NCBI RefSeq assembly: GCF_018350175.1
Contig: NC_058382.1
Location: 54,562,001-54,626,000 of the forward strand
Reading direction: 5' to 3'
DNA length: 64,000 nt
From: Felis catus
Lineage: Eukaryota
Part shown: piece after piece, positions 63,137-64,000 of the stretch
Numbering within the stretch: the first letter of the stretch is position 1
How the letters are laid out: each line of letters opens with the position of its first letter
The notes under the pieces: model-generated
What the model was told of the DNA's origin: nothing
Seen by the model: the letters and a program-made list of their open reading frames with translations, nothing else
Database searches by the model: none
Position numbers and translations under genes: made by a program

Positions 63137-63388
63137 GTAAGAGGAAGTGTGTAGAAAATCAGGGGCTTAGGTAGTCAGCCGCCGCTGTTGAAATCTCTCC
63201 TGGGCTGGCAGTTCACATAAGACCAGTTTCTGGAGGTCTGCCCACTGCTGCTGCAGAAAGAGCATGTACTACATGGACCTGGGTTCAAACCCTGACTGCC
63301 TTGCAGGGAAACTAATAACCTCTCCATGACTCAGTTTCCTCCTCTACAATGGTGTTGACACCAGCTTGTCAGGAACAATGTGAAGAGA

Positions 63389-63390
<2 letters not shown>

Positions 63391-63441
<51 letters not shown>
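63391..63441. repeat. (GT)n microsatellite
   Basis: Uninterrupted GT run of about 25 units. Confidence 0.95.
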
Positions 63442-63442
<1 letters not shown>

Positions 63443-64000
63443 CAGCAATAATGATGGACTATTTTTAAATATTTTAAAACATGCCCTGTCTCCAGTGGGT
63501 CTGTATCCTGCTTGGTGTGCAGAAGAAAGAGTATCAGTTGTTCCAAGTGGCAGGAAAACACCTTTTGTGCCAAAAGAAACTATCCCTGACCTGTCCTTAA
63601 TCCCAGGGGTCCCCTGCCAGTTGTTCTCCTTGGGGATTTGTTACCAGTGTTCCTCGGTTTTGTAAGAATACAGGGAGGAGACTGAGGTTCACGTGGATTC
63701 ACTAACTTGCCTGGGTCTGCAAAGTTAACAGGAAACTGTGCCAGGGTTTAACACCTCTGACGCTCGAACCCTCGAGTGTGCCGGGAGAGGTGGTCTGCAT
63801 GTGCCCTGCGTGTCCTTGCACCACCATGTTGGGTGTTCCAGGAATGCAGGGTCCTCTCTGGGCTTTACCCAAGCCATTTCTCGAGGCTGTGTTTATAGTG
63901 AGCAACCTCAGGAGACGAAGGTGAGATGGCATCCTTCGGACAAAGAGCAGGCTTGCTTCTGCTACCGTAAAAACAGTGAATGCTCCAAACTCTGTGTTAT

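Noticed and set aside
63702..63932. Possible further PKD1L2 exon
   Set aside because: The listed translation shows no polycystin motif. The preceding exon probably lies beyond the window.

Overview
Mammalian genomic DNA, almost certainly felid, judged from the many tRNA-derived Can-SINEs including young SINEC_Fc-type copies. The region is syntenic with human 16q23.2. It holds four protein-coding genes, which I spliced by hand with canonical GT-AG junctions and consistent phases: ATMIN/ASCIZ exons 2-4 (+, exon 1 lies before the window), a complete C16orf46 orthologue (-, 393 aa, plus two predicted non-coding 5' exons), a complete GCSH (-, 5 exons, 173 aa) and the last seven coding exons of PKD1L2 (-, open frame). 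The rest is intronic or intergenic DNA with two promoter CpG islands, SINEs, L1/L2/MIR, LTR-like elements, MER DNA transposons and micro/minisatellites. I found no convincing new biological system. The most interesting observations are a tailless U2 snRNA 5'-fragment retrocopy with target-site duplications, a 77-bp direct repeat bracketing the first coding exon of C16orf46, an RFX X-box plus ETS-CRE motif in a possibly bidirectional promoter, and a frame-compatible candidate alternative last exon for C16orf46. Repeat family names and boundaries are recognised by eye and approximate.
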